Shown here in pieces: positions 6,885 through 17,122 of a stretch of 64,000 nt of DNA. Under the pieces are notes generated by a model. The model did not search any database. It was not told the DNA's origin and was given only the letters and a program-made list of their open reading frames with translations. The stretch is taken from positions 1 through 64,000 of the IMG/VR virus record IMGVR_UViG_3300027804_000050. One strand, given 5' to 3'. This DNA comes from a virus. Made by a program: the position numbers and the translations under genes. Every line of letters begins with the position of its first letter. The first letter of the stretch is position 1.

Positions 6885-8549
6885 ATGTTTACATTGTATG
6901 AAAACAGAGATAAGAAGGTAGCTTTACTAATAAAGCTAGGGGATTGCTTAGGTCGCTCATTAAGAGAGAATGTTGCTTTATTCTCCATAGATGGGGCTAA
7001 CAGCACTGTAACTTATATTACTGAGAGTGATAAAGTTATTAGTGGGTCATATGATATAGGAAAGGATGTTATCTTAAAAAATATCAAGGTTCAAGATTCC
7101 TCGATATTCAAGGATGACGGTCTATATCAAGGATTCATAGATGAGAAGGTATCTAACTTTGTTGGAAGTATCTACGCAGACGATTATAAAGGTGCGGATA
7201 ATACTTTCAATGAACTTTTAAGTCTATGGGAAAATAGACTTAAGTTTGATACAGTTCAAGCTAAACTAGCTGTTAAGACTGAAAGATTCAATGAGTCTCA
7301 AAAAATATTAACAACTCCTGAATTCCTGAGATTCTTAGAAATTGAACCTCAAGTTGTCAATTTCTTGAAGAAGAACTACGATAGAATTAGCAAGGTGCCA
7401 GAGATCAAGAATGCTATCAATCTATCTAATACAATATCAGAAGGCTTCAATTTCCCCTTCATGACCTATAAGCAACTCGCTGAATCCGAAACATACATTT
7501 TAAATGATGGAAACTCCGAAACTATCTATGAGATGATCTGCCGTCAAGAACTAGTTAAGAAAGAACTTCTGGAATCCAAAAAGGAGTTTGATACGATTTG
7601 GGCAACCAGCCCAGCTATTCAAAAACTAGCTAGCTGCATTTTCGAAGAAGATACCAAAGTTGTCGAAGCTCTCGCGGAAGCCATAAAAGAAATACCTTAC
7701 TTGGCTTTGGCTTCAAAGAATAATCTATTTAAAGTATTTAATAGTGCTTTAGCTGATGTGGATGGCATAGGTGTTTCAGAAAAAGACATTCAAAAGTTCT
7801 CTTCTAAGATTTTTGAAGCTAAAAAAGAGGTTAAGGAATTTATGATTAATACTCTAAATGAAAAATTTGGAGTAAATGTACAAAATCTACAAGATCCACC
7901 TAGCTTCAAGAGTCTTGTTAATGGACAAATAGTGATTTTTGAGACAATTTCAAGACTAGCTCCAAACGGAAGTATAATTAAGAAGACTTTAAATGAACTT
8001 TCAGACTCCCTCAAAGATAAATCAGGGGTTGAAGCAATTGATGTTAACACGGTAATTTATGAAATGTTCATAAAGGCTGGATATGGACAGATTTTAAATG
8101 AAAACAGGATGTTGAGTAAATACGCTTCAGTTGATTTTAGAAGAATTGCTAAAGATTTGAGCGATATATCATCTGTAATCGATAGCATGAAAGATAAACT
8201 AATGTCAGACCAAGGTAACCAAGATACTGGATATGAATCTGACGAAAACATGGAGCCTGAAATGGAAGGGGAAGAAGAGATGGAGGGTGAAGAAGAGATG
8301 GAGGGTGAAGAAGAGATGGAAGGGGAAGAAGAGATGGCTCCCGAACAACAAATGGCTCCAGAAGGTGAAATGCCAGAAGAAGAAATGGCCCCAGAAGAAA
8401 TGGAAATGCAAGCTCCAACAGAAGTTAAGAGCCAAGAACAAATGATGGATGATTTAAATAACTTGGAACAAATGATCAAAGATTTGGCTGACGAACTAAA
8501 TATTGGAGGAGAAGAAACTCCTTCTCCAGAAGAAGAAGAGGTAGATTGA
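6885..8549 (+). CDS. Hypothetical helical protein with acidic tail, possibly prohead core-associated
   Basis: Follows portal; GGAG SD; Glu/Met-rich C-terminus. Confidence 0.55.
   Translation: MFTLYENRDKKVALLIKLGDCLGRSLRENVALFSIDGANSTVTYITESDKVISGSYDIGKDVILKNIKVQDSSIFKDDGLYQGFIDEKVSNFVGSIYADDYKGADNTFNELLSLWENRLKFDTVQAKLAVKTERFNESQKILTTPEFLRFLEIEPQVVNFLKKNYDRISKVPEIKNAINLSNTISEGFNFPFMTYKQLAESETYILNDGNSETIYEMICRQELVKKELLESKKEFDTIWATSPAIQKLASCIFEEDTKVVEALAEAIKEIPYLALASKNNLFKVFNSALADVDGIGVSEKDIQKFSSKIFEAKKEVKEFMINTLNEKFGVNVQNLQDPPSFKSLVNGQIVIFETISRLAPNGSIIKKTLNELSDSLKDKSGVEAIDVNTVIYEMFIKAGYGQILNENRMLSKYASVDFRRIAKDLSDISSVIDSMKDKLMSDQGNQDTGYESDENMEPEMEGEEEMEGEEEMEGEEEMEGEEEMAPEQQMAPEGEMPEEEMAPEEMEMQAPTEVKSQEQMMDDLNNLEQMIKDLADELNIGGEETPSPEEEEVD
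8262..8333 (+). repeat. 18-bp tandem repeat x4 encoding MEGEEE
   Basis: ATGGARGGKGAAGAAGAG units. Confidence 0.9.
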
Positions 8550-8550
8550 T

Positions 8551-8991
8551 ATGGCAAATGTCACTCATGCACAAAGAACTTTTTCTAAATTAGCTAATAT
8601 CCCTACAGACTCTACATTATCTCTCAGTTGTGTTGATTCTTCAGGACAATTAATGGATTGTAATTATTTATCTGTAACATATGCAGCAAGTACTAATGTA
8701 GCCGCTTATTGCTTTGTATCTCCAAGAGTAGGTGCTGCTGCAAATGTAACATCTTTAAACATTACAGCTTTAACAGCTAATGGTGCTTCAGGAGCATTAG
8801 GAATTATTTTATACTCTAGATCTACTCAATCGGAAAGAACTGATTATCTTTGTTTAGGTTCAGAAAAATTTAGTATAATTGATTTTAAAACATCAGGTAT
8901 AGGAGGTGTAGCTGCTGTAACTTATGGAGTAGTTAGACCAATTAATAATATTAGACTTTCAGATAATATACTATATGATAATGGAAGTTGA
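8551..8991 (+). CDS. Hypothetical virion protein
   Basis: Ser/Ala/Val-rich; coupled between structural genes. Confidence 0.6.
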   Translation: MANVTHAQRTFSKLANIPTDSTLSLSCVDSSGQLMDCNYLSVTYAASTNVAAYCFVSPRVGAAANVTSLNITALTANGASGALGIILYSRSTQSERTDYLCLGSEKFSIIDFKTSGIGGVAAVTYGVVRPINNIRLSDNILYDNGS

Positions 8992-9003
8992 TAGGAGTTT
9001 TGA

Positions 9004-12000
9004 ATGCCAAGTTCAGTCTCTTCGGTAGTATTCACAATATATGATCCCGAAGAAAACACAATACAATCATTAAGAGCAGTAGGTGGTCCCCTTTTAGAAG
9101 AATTAGGTGGAACATCTAGAAGTGATTTATCTGGATTATTTTCATCTGTTGGAAATGTACCTGTAACTTATGATTCTGCAAATAAACGCTTCTTAGTTCA
9201 AGAAGTTACCGGAGTCTCTGCTGAAGTAACTTTTGATTCTGTTAGTGCTGCAATTGCGAGTGGATCCGGTGAAATTGTATTTAACGGAGATTTTAAAACT
9301 ACCGGAGGTGGACGATTTGTAGGAAATGTCTCTGGTAATCTATCGGGAAATGCTAATACTGCGTCTTTAGCTACTTTAGCAATATCTGCAACTTCTGCTT
9401 TGTCAGCAACTAATGCAGAGATAATTAGAAATGTTAAATTTAATGGAGTTCCTTACAATTTATCTTCCGATGTAGATGTAGCTGTAACTGCTGGAACTGC
9501 TGTCGTAGATTTTACTTCAGTTAGCTCTGCATTGTTTAGTGCAACAGGCCCAATATCTTTAAATAATCAAAATTTCAATAATGTTGGAAGTTTTAGAGCT
9601 AATAATCTAAGCGGAGACTCTGTATCTAGTAATACTTATCGAGGTAATACTATACAAGTAGAAACGGCATCTGCGACTACATCTTTCTCTGGCCCTGCTG
9701 CAACTATAAGTAATTTTACAGGAATAATAGGTCGATTCCTTACAAGCGTATCATCTCCAAATGTTAGTGCAGATGATGCTAAGTTTAATAACTCAGTTTC
9801 TGCTAATAGTTTATCAGGATTAATAGGTCGATTCTTAACTTCATTGTCTGCTGCATCAGTATCTGGAACAAGTGTTAATGCAGGAACTTTATCTGCTACA
9901 GGAAACACTACCTTAGGAGCGATGACAGGAACGACAGGAAAATTTACTTCAGAGGTATCATCTCCTTTAACTATAGGAAGCACGGTATCTGCAACAAACA
10001 TTGCATCGGAAGGTAATATAACATCTCAGGTAGGAACTATCCAAGGTCCTGTAGGTAGATTCACTTCCAATTTATCAGCAACAGATATTTCAGGACTTAT
10101 AGGAAGATTTATAACTTCGCTATCATCAGCATCATTTACAGGAACAAGTGTTAATGCCGGAACATTGGATGCTACAGGAAATACTACCTTAGCAGCAATG
10201 TCAGGAACAACGGGTAGATTCACTTCCAATTTATCAGCAACAGATATTTCAGGACTTATAGGAAGATTCCTAACTTCATTATCTGCTGCATCTGTAACTG
10301 GAACAAATATTGTTGCCACTAATGCTACCGCAACTAATTTTACTGGAACGGCAATCAATACTGGATCATTAGCAGCAACAAGCAATCTTTCAGTAATTGG
10401 GAATATTAATACCTCTGGAGATATAACTGCAACAGGTAGTGGTAAAACTATAAAAGGAGAAACAGTATCTTCCACAAATTCATATGTGAATGTAGCTGAA
10501 GCAGCAACTGTTATTGTTACTAATGGACTTACTTCTCCTAGTTTATCTGCGACAGATTTAAAGGGAATCAGTGTTTCTTCTCAAACAACTTTGTATGCAA
10601 CTGATACGATTTCAAATTCGTTAAGTTCCACGAATTTGAGTTCTAATGATGCTAGATTTACTAACTCAGCATCTGCTAATAATTTATCTGCCTTGATTGG
10701 AAGATTCTTAACTTCAGTATCTGCTGCTTCGGTAACAGGAACTACTCTTGCAGGAACAACTGGTAACATAACAACAGTAAATGCTACTAATGCAACTGCT
10801 TTGAACTTTACAGCTACCAATGCAACTGCAACTAATTTTACTGGAACAACAGTAAATGCAGGAACTGTTACTGCGACAGGAGATATTTCAACTAATACTG
10901 GAACCATAACAGCAGCTAACATTCGAGGAACTTTAAGTGTTTCATCTCAATCTGTATCTGGAACAAGCGTTAATGCAGGAACTTTAGCTGCTACAGGAAA
11001 CTCTAATTTGGCAGCGGTTACAGCTACAGGGGCTACAATAAATGGAAACTTAGCGACAACTGGAAACTTAACGACAACAGGAACTTTCAATGTTACTGGA
11101 GATTCAACACTAGGAGGAAATTTATTCCTTACTGATGCTTCTAAACAAATAAGAAATCAAGGAACAATTTCTAATACAGGAGCAGCCACTTTTGGTGGGG
11201 ATGTAACTGTAAGCAATAATGGAGCAACTTTTAAAGTTGGAAGCAGTGCAGGGTCAGGAATTACAAAATTAATAGGAACATTATCAGCAGTTGCAATAGC
11301 TAATGAATCGATCACAGTCGGCCAACTTATTCCAAGAATACTCTTTAATTCCACAAGCTTAAGTCTTAGATCTTCAGGCTCACCGTCAATAAATACTTGT
11401 CAAGCTAATCAAAATATTGAAATTGGAACTAATGGAGTAATTAATAATGTAATACTTGGAAATGCTACTGCAACAAGTTCAATATCTTTAGATTCCAGTG
11501 GATCAATATTTTTAGATACTCCAAATGGAAATACATCGGGTCAATCTGCTAGATTTACTTCTGGAGTATTTACTACAGTATCGGCAACAACATATTTAAA
11601 TGTTCCCGGAGGAGGAGGAGGAGATGCAAACGCTACTTCAATTACAGGAAGACCATTTAACTTCGATGAAACAGATCTAACTAGTCTACAGATTCCTGTA
11701 ATAATAAAATATAATACTACCTTAGATGAATGGCAAGCAGCAGTACTTGTTCAAGATTTTGGTGCTTTTGCTGGTCCCGTAGAAAGTTTAGTTACTTTTA
11801 ATTCTAATACAGATAGTTCAAGTACTCCACTTTTCACAGTTGTATCTGGAATAAAAATACCATCTGGCACTATTTTAAGTAATGGTCAAATGTTGGTTGC
11901 TTCTGGTTCAAGCGGAACCTTAGTAGCATCACAGCCCCCAGTAGGTGTAATTCCTGTTGGAAATGTAGGATCGTACACTCCAGAGGCAATTCCAAGTCTA

Positions 12001-13884
12001 GGCTCAATACTTTTCTATGATGCTGATGCCTCCCCAGCTAGGTTACAACATACTACTGGTATAAAAGTAATGAGTGAAATTGGGCCTTTACTTTTATCAG
12101 GAACTGCTGCAATGCATGTTTCTGGAGGAGCATATGTTCGTGTTGATGGTAATTTATCTGCAACTACCGTATCAGCTACTACTTATTTAAATGTTAGACC
12201 TTATGTGTCTGCTGTTGATAGTGCTACTACAACTACAGTTAATATTAATGGTGATTACGACACTTATCTTGTCAATACAACTACAACAGGTGTAACACTT
12301 TATTTACCAGACGCTTCTGCATACAATAACAAGAAAATTACAATATCTAAGATTGATGATGGTGGATCCTATAGATCAGTAACCTTATCAGGTGCTCAAC
12401 TACAAACAGCTACAAATACTGTTCTTCTTTATGACCCAACAGAATCAGTTACAGTTATTTCTAATGGAACTAACTGGTACTCAATGGATTACGATAGGGC
12501 CTACGGGGTTGTTATAGTTTGTAAAAATAGTACAGGTGCAACACTTGCTAAAGGTACTCCAGTAAAAGTAACAGGTGCTACGGGAGCTAATGTTTTAATT
12601 GGTCCAGTATCTGCTGCAAATGACCATGTACCTGAAGCACCTAATGGAGATTTAAGTAGATGTATTGGAGTTGTAGAACATGACATCCCAACAGGTGAAT
12701 TTGGACATGTTCTTACAAAAGGAACTCTTTATAAGTTTAACACAAACGCATACAACGAAGGGGATATATTATACTTAGCTCCTAGTGGTGGATTTACTAA
12801 TGTAAAACCTGCTGCACCTTATGATGAAGTATTCTTAGGTATCGTAACTAGAAAACAATCCGTCAATGGATCTATTTTAATTGATGTTGCTAACCCAATA
12901 CATATCAATGATATTGTAGGATTTAACCTAGCATCAGGTCTAATTAATGGAGACTTGATTAGCTACGATACAACTACAAGCACTTTTGTAAATTCACAAG
13001 CTGTAAATGTTTCTGGTCAAGGTAAGTTTGGATCTGTATCCGCTACCAATATTTCAGGCACTACAATTACAGCAACAAATTACAATGGGTTACCCGCATC
13101 CTTTGATGCTACATCAATAGTTGGACTTAACATAAATCTAGGGTTGGGTGTTGGTAATGATGGAGACATATTTTATTGGGATGGGCCGGGTAATCAATTT
13201 TCTACTATCGGATCGGGGGTACTATTATCTGGAGCTTCAGTAGCATCTGCTATTTTAGCTGGTTCCGCTACTTCCGCAGTAAATGCTCAACAAGCACCTA
13301 ATGGATTTAATGTTACTGGAACAGTATTAGCAACCACAGTTTCCGCAACAACACTATCAGCTACAACAATTTCAACTCCAAAATATCCTACTTATATTTA
13401 CACAGCAACTGGAATATCTGTAGGAACAAACAAATTAATGTTTGATATGTTTAATGGTGCTGGTTCTGGAAAAACCTTAAAAGTAACTAGAATAGTTGCG
13501 TATGTAAGAAATACTACAACCATAACTGGTATAAATCAAGTTTTAGAATGTTACAGAACATCGTCTGTAGGAACAGGTGGTACAACAGTAACTGAAGCTA
13601 AAATGGTTACAACCGACCCTGCGCTTAATGCAAATATTACAGCACGAAATACTCCAACGGGGGGAGCTTCTTATTATACTCCATCAGGAGTTTTAGCAGC
13701 AGCCAACATTTACACTGAAGAAGGACAAAACCTGCAAGAAAGAGTTTACTTATACATGTATGACAGTTTTGCTGGATTAGAAGAATGTTTAACTGTTCAA
13801 GAAGGTGAAGGACTTAGAATAAACACAGGAGCAGTGGGTGCTGCTGGTGTAATAGCCATATATGTTTATTTCATAACGGTGTAA
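9004..13884 (+). CDS. Long Ser/Thr/Gly-rich fibre or decoration protein
   Basis: Repetitive beta-strand shaft (GRFxTSLSA, TGT, NAT units); VTLYLP..KKITISKID fibre domain; KNSTGATLAKGTPV..GDILYL cement-like domain; C-terminal beta-sandwich. Confidence 0.75.
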   Translation: MPSSVSSVVFTIYDPEENTIQSLRAVGGPLLEELGGTSRSDLSGLFSSVGNVPVTYDSANKRFLVQEVTGVSAEVTFDSVSAAIASGSGEIVFNGDFKTTGGGRFVGNVSGNLSGNANTASLATLAISATSALSATNAEIIRNVKFNGVPYNLSSDVDVAVTAGTAVVDFTSVSSALFSATGPISLNNQNFNNVGSFRANNLSGDSVSSNTYRGNTIQVETASATTSFSGPAATISNFTGIIGRFLTSVSSPNVSADDAKFNNSVSANSLSGLIGRFLTSLSAASVSGTSVNAGTLSATGNTTLGAMTGTTGKFTSEVSSPLTIGSTVSATNIASEGNITSQVGTIQGPVGRFTSNLSATDISGLIGRFITSLSSASFTGTSVNAGTLDATGNTTLAAMSGTTGRFTSNLSATDISGLIGRFLTSLSAASVTGTNIVATNATATNFTGTAINTGSLAATSNLSVIGNINTSGDITATGSGKTIKGETVSSTNSYVNVAEAATVIVTNGLTSPSLSATDLKGISVSSQTTLYATDTISNSLSSTNLSSNDARFTNSASANNLSALIGRFLTSVSAASVTGTTLAGTTGNITTVNATNATALNFTATNATATNFTGTTVNAGTVTATGDISTNTGTITAANIRGTLSVSSQSVSGTSVNAGTLAATGNSNLAAVTATGATINGNLATTGNLTTTGTFNVTGDSTLGGNLFLTDASKQIRNQGTISNTGAATFGGDVTVSNNGATFKVGSSAGSGITKLIGTLSAVAIANESITVGQLIPRILFNSTSLSLRSSGSPSINTCQANQNIEIGTNGVINNVILGNATATSSISLDSSGSIFLDTPNGNTSGQSARFTSGVFTTVSATTYLNVPGGGGGDANATSITGRPFNFDETDLTSLQIPVIIKYNTTLDEWQAAVLVQDFGAFAGPVESLVTFNSNTDSSSTPLFTVVSGIKIPSGTILSNGQMLVASGSSGTLVASQPPVGVIPVGNVGSYTPEAIPSLGSILFYDADASPARLQHTTGIKVMSEIGPLLLSGTAAMHVSGGAYVRVDGNLSATTVSATTYLNVRPYVSAVDSATTTTVNINGDYDTYLVNTTTTGVTLYLPDASAYNNKKITISKIDDGGSYRSVTLSGAQLQTATNTVLLYDPTESVTVISNGTNWYSMDYDRAYGVVIVCKNSTGATLAKGTPVKVTGATGANVLIGPVSAANDHVPEAPNGDLSRCIGVVEHDIPTGEFGHVLTKGTLYKFNTNAYNEGDILYLAPSGGFTNVKPAAPYDEVFLGIVTRKQSVNGSILIDVANPIHINDIVGFNLASGLINGDLISYDTTTSTFVNSQAVNVSGQGKFGSVSATNISGTTITATNYNGLPASFDATSIVGLNINLGLGVGNDGDIFYWDGPGNQFSTIGSGVLLSGASVASAILAGSATSAVNAQQAPNGFNVTGTVLATTVSATTLSATTISTPKYPTYIYTATGISVGTNKLMFDMFNGAGSGKTLKVTRIVAYVRNTTTITGINQVLECYRTSSVGTGGTTVTEAKMVTTDPALNANITARNTPTGGASYYTPSGVLAAANIYTEEGQNLQERVYLYMYDSFAGLEECLTVQEGEGLRINTGAVGAAGVIAIYVYFITV
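10054..10268 (+). repeat. Exact 56-bp direct repeat pair (10054-10109, 10213-10268) within a 159-bp period
   Basis: GGTAGATTCACTTCCAATTTATCAGCAACAGATATTTCAGGACTTATAGGAAGATT twice. Confidence 0.9.
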
Positions 13885-13885
13885 T

Positions 13886-14368
13886 ATGCCAGCAATTTAT
13901 TCAGTAACTACATCTAGATTGAATGTATCTTCTGGGGCAGAAGATTATCTTCAAATAGTTAATAACTCTGGAAGTGCTATAGAAATAATCGAAGCTTATG
14001 CAGTTAATGACCCTTCAGCAACATTAACAGGTCAATCGTTCACTTTTGAAATGTTCAGGCTTTCCGCATCAGGAACGGGAACAAGTTTAACTGCTACTCC
14101 ATTCAATACAACTTTTGGTTCTTGTCCTACTTCTATAGATATTGAAGAAAATGCTAATTTTACTACTTCTGGAAATCCATTGTGTGCTGGAAACCTTTAC
14201 ACTGAAGAGGGTGCAAACTTCATGGACAAAGCTCAAATGTATGAATACGCTGCCCAAATGATTGAAAAACCAATTACCTTGTTAACTGGAGAAATGCTCG
14301 GTATAACAGGTAATGTTAGAGATATTCCGGGACAAGCTAAATTTTACTTAAGATTTAAAATAACTTAA
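13886..14368 (+). CDS. Fibre-tip paralogue protein
   Basis: Aligns by eye with the C-terminal ~165 aa of 9004..13884 (NLYTEEG vs NIYTEEG). Confidence 0.7.
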   Translation: MPAIYSVTTSRLNVSSGAEDYLQIVNNSGSAIEIIEAYAVNDPSATLTGQSFTFEMFRLSASGTGTSLTATPFNTTFGSCPTSIDIEENANFTTSGNPLCAGNLYTEEGANFMDKAQMYEYAAQMIEKPITLLTGEMLGITGNVRDIPGQAKFYLRFKIT

Positions 14369-14404
14369 AAATAGACATCTATATAATATATAAGGATTTA
14401 AATT

Positions 14405-14761
14405 ATGGTAACACAAAACTCAGTCACACGGGACATGGTAAAATGGACACTCGCAGTAATAGCTTGTGTAGGATCAGTTGCGGGGTACATTGAGTTCCGC
14501 TCACGCGAGCACGCGCAGGAGGCCAGAATGGATATGAGCCTTCAATTAAACACACTTAGGACTGAGCTAGTAGGAGATATCAAGACCAAATACGATCTCC
14601 AGTCAGGCATCAAGCTGGAGCAGGTCTTAGAGAATCAAAAAGAATTATTGAGAATGGCTTTAGAAAATCAAAAGGATATACAAGAAACCTCCAAAGAAGT
14701 TCTAAAACTAACACAAAAACTAGAAGCTGATTTGAATGTCTTGAAAGGCTCTAAACAATAA
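14405..14761 (+). CDS. Membrane-anchored coiled-coil protein
   Basis: N-terminal TM (WTLAVIACVGSVAGYI) followed by heptads. Confidence 0.6.
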   Translation: MVTQNSVTRDMVKWTLAVIACVGSVAGYIEFRSREHAQEARMDMSLQLNTLRTELVGDIKTKYDLQSGIKLEQVLENQKELLRMALENQKDIQETSKEVLKLTQKLEADLNVLKGSKQ

Positions 14762-14989
14762 TCATTCAATCATGTGATTTTGTTTTGCTGCTTTTAAAAG
14801 TCTCCAGAAAAAAGATTCTTTTAAAGCATTTAATTGTGTAATAATATTAGATAATCTTTGAACAGTATCCTCAGAAACTTTATTGGTTTCTAAGATACTG
14901 TTTAATTCTTTTTCCGAGAATTTAAAAGATTGTCTTTCATTGTCGGTAAACACCACAAGTTCTTTTTTAATATCTTTTTCTGTTTTCAT
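14762..14989 (-). CDS. Hypothetical protein
   Basis: 75 aa; coupled to the helicase stop. Confidence 0.65.
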   Translation of the reverse strand: MKTEKDIKKELVVFTDNERQSFKFSEKELNSILETNKVSEDTVQRLSNIITQLNALKESFFWRLLKAAKQNHMIE

Positions 14990-16350
14990 ATTACCACCAC
15001 TTCGTGCCCTTCATCTTCGTAATACTTTTTGCGTTTCTTTGAATGCTTGATAAGATATTTTTCTTTATCCATAAAATCATAAATATATACTTTATCTTTA
15101 TTTTTATGTTTTCTCAAGGCTCGACCTAAGGCTTGTAAAGTTGCAATCTCACTCATTAATCCTCTAGCATTTATGAAATGAGTGATTTCTTTTATATTTA
15201 CTCCGGTTTGGAGAATATTTGTTCCTATTAAGATTGAAGTTTTTTTAGTTGACCTGAATTTATTTATTGTTCTGTATCTGGAAGCAATATCGTCTGCTCC
15301 TTCCAAGAATTGTGAGTCTTTTATTTTATTTTCTAAAGATCTACCATGCTCCAAAGATTTTGTCAAAATTAAAATCTTAGCATCAGGTTTAGTTTCTTTT
15401 ATGTTCTCAACAATCGTTACAATCATTTCATTTCTAGACTCATTATTGACTATGTATGCGTCATACACTTCTCTGTAGGTCATGTCGGTGTCAATTCCAC
15501 TAGCCTCGTATTTTCTATTAATCAATTGAATGATGGGCTTGGACAAATGCCCCTCTTCAACCAGAGTATTTGTATCGACTACCTGAATAATAGGACCTAA
15601 TGCGCCTTCCAAAGTATATAATCTAATATCATCACTAGGAGGAGTTGCCGTCAGCCCAAATCTAAAAGTGGCAGAAGGGAAAGATTCTATTGCTGCCACA
15701 GAATTTTTTCCTTTGGAAAACTCATGGCACTCATCTACAAATAGAACTTCTGCGGACTCTAAATGAGTATCTAGTATTTTTTCTATGCTTTGAACAGTGC
15801 AAAGCATGATGTTTCCATTAATGTAACCTTCCCCAAAACAAACTCCCAAATCTGTAAAACCAATTTCATTCTTTAAAAACTCATAAGTTTGAGTAAGTAA
15901 TTGTTTTGAGTTAAACAGGATTACCATCTTGCGAGGATGCAACGCTTGAATTAATCCTGCTAATATTAATGTTTTTCCTGATCCAGTCGGAGATTTAATA
16001 ACTGCTCTTTTTGAAGATAAAGAAGCTTTAATTAGTTCCTCTTGATAATCATAAAATTTGTAACTAGGAACTATGTAATCATTAAGTTTTTTTTGATCCT
16101 CTTGTAAGTAACAAATTTCCGGTTTGCAGTTTATTTTTTCTAAGTCTTTTAAAATCCTAGGGAGAAGACCGGGTTTAAATGATCCAGTTTTAGTTATAAA
16201 ATGTTTGTTTCCATCCCAGTGGTGAGATCTGTAAGAGGTAGAATATTCTGAACCCGGTATTTTAAATGTATAAAGCTTATAAAGAGCTTCTAGCAACTGA
16301 GGATTATCAGTTTCTATTTTAGCTGATGTATTTTTGACTGTAATCTTCAT
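14986..16350 (-). CDS. uvsW: SF2 DNA helicase, UvsW-like
   Basis: SPTGSGKT, VDECH, GLTAT, TGVNI, QALGRALR; N-terminal WDG motif. Confidence 0.9.
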   Translation of the reverse strand: MKITVKNTSAKIETDNPQLLEALYKLYTFKIPGSEYSTSYRSHHWDGNKHFITKTGSFKPGLLPRILKDLEKINCKPEICYLQEDQKKLNDYIVPSYKFYDYQEELIKASLSSKRAVIKSPTGSGKTLILAGLIQALHPRKMVILFNSKQLLTQTYEFLKNEIGFTDLGVCFGEGYINGNIMLCTVQSIEKILDTHLESAEVLFVDECHEFSKGKNSVAAIESFPSATFRFGLTATPPSDDIRLYTLEGALGPIIQVVDTNTLVEEGHLSKPIIQLINRKYEASGIDTDMTYREVYDAYIVNNESRNEMIVTIVENIKETKPDAKILILTKSLEHGRSLENKIKDSQFLEGADDIASRYRTINKFRSTKKTSILIGTNILQTGVNIKEITHFINARGLMSEIATLQALGRALRKHKNKDKVYIYDFMDKEKYLIKHSKKRKKYYEDEGHEVVVI

Positions 16351-16393
16351 CTATACTATAATAGTATATGTCCTTTGCAAAGGAGACATTTAT

Positions 16394-17122
16394 ATGACAA
16401 TTGACCCTAAACAACAAATAGTTGATGATATTTTAAAGGAACTTCCTATATCTAGTGATATAGAAGTTGAGTTACCTAGTCGATGCTTGGCTTACAAATT
16501 ACCTAATCCAGAAAAATCAGTTACGATAAGACCTATGAGTTTTGATGATGAGAAGCTTTTAGCCACATCAAAAGGCAAGGCTGACCCTATCGGAATTATT
16601 TTATCTAGATGTGTAACTAACATAAATGTTACTGAACTTTTCCCCATGGATAAGCTATATTTATTATTAAAACTAAGAGAAATATCCTACGGAGATGAGT
16701 ATAACTGCACGGTCCCTTGTCCTCATTGTAGCACAGAAAATAAGATGTGTATTCAATTATCTCAACTTCCTGTAGTTCAAGTTCCAGATAATTTTGAAGA
16801 TAAGATGGAGGTAGATCTTCCAGTTCTTAAGAAAAAGGCGATAGTTAAAATGCCTAGAGCCAAAGATGAGCCTTATCTATCAGATTTAGATAAAGTTTCA
16901 ACTAATCTATGGAGATTTATTGAAAAAATAGATAATTATGAAGATAAAGTAATTATATCTAAAGTATTGGAAAAACTACCAATTAAAGATATTAAAACTA
17001 TAACTAATGCATTAAAAATTGAATTTGGAGTACAAACTAAAATTAGTATGGAATGCAGTCAATGCCGTAAGCCATCAACGCATGAATTGCCAATTACCCC
17101 AAATTTTTTCGATGTGAACTAG
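16394..17122 (+). CDS. Baseplate hub assembly protein (T4 gp26-like)
   Basis: RPM..DEKLL, LREISYG, two CxxC pairs, C-terminal NFF; start re-called to ATG 16394 after AAGGAG. Confidence 0.8.
   Translation: MTIDPKQQIVDDILKELPISSDIEVELPSRCLAYKLPNPEKSVTIRPMSFDDEKLLATSKGKADPIGIILSRCVTNINVTELFPMDKLYLLLKLREISYGDEYNCTVPCPHCSTENKMCIQLSQLPVVQVPDNFEDKMEVDLPVLKKKAIVKMPRAKDEPYLSDLDKVSTNLWRFIEKIDNYEDKVIISKVLEKLPIKDIKTITNALKIEFGVQTKISMECSQCRKPSTHELPITPNFFDVN

Noticed and set aside
8262-8333. CRISPR-like array
   Set aside because: Contiguous in-frame tandem repeat with no spacers
8057-8557. Several overlapping antisense or alternative-frame ORFs (SSSPSI, PPSLLH, KKRWR repeats)
   Set aside because: Shadows of the 18-bp coding repeat
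10054-10268. DGR template/variable repeat pair
   Set aside because: Repeats are exact, in-frame and mid-gene, with no adenine-specific mismatches and no reverse transcriptase in the window
9636-11354. Antisense ORFs of 65-149 aa within the fibre gene
   Set aside because: Expected from codon bias of the sense gene; no SD or independent signal
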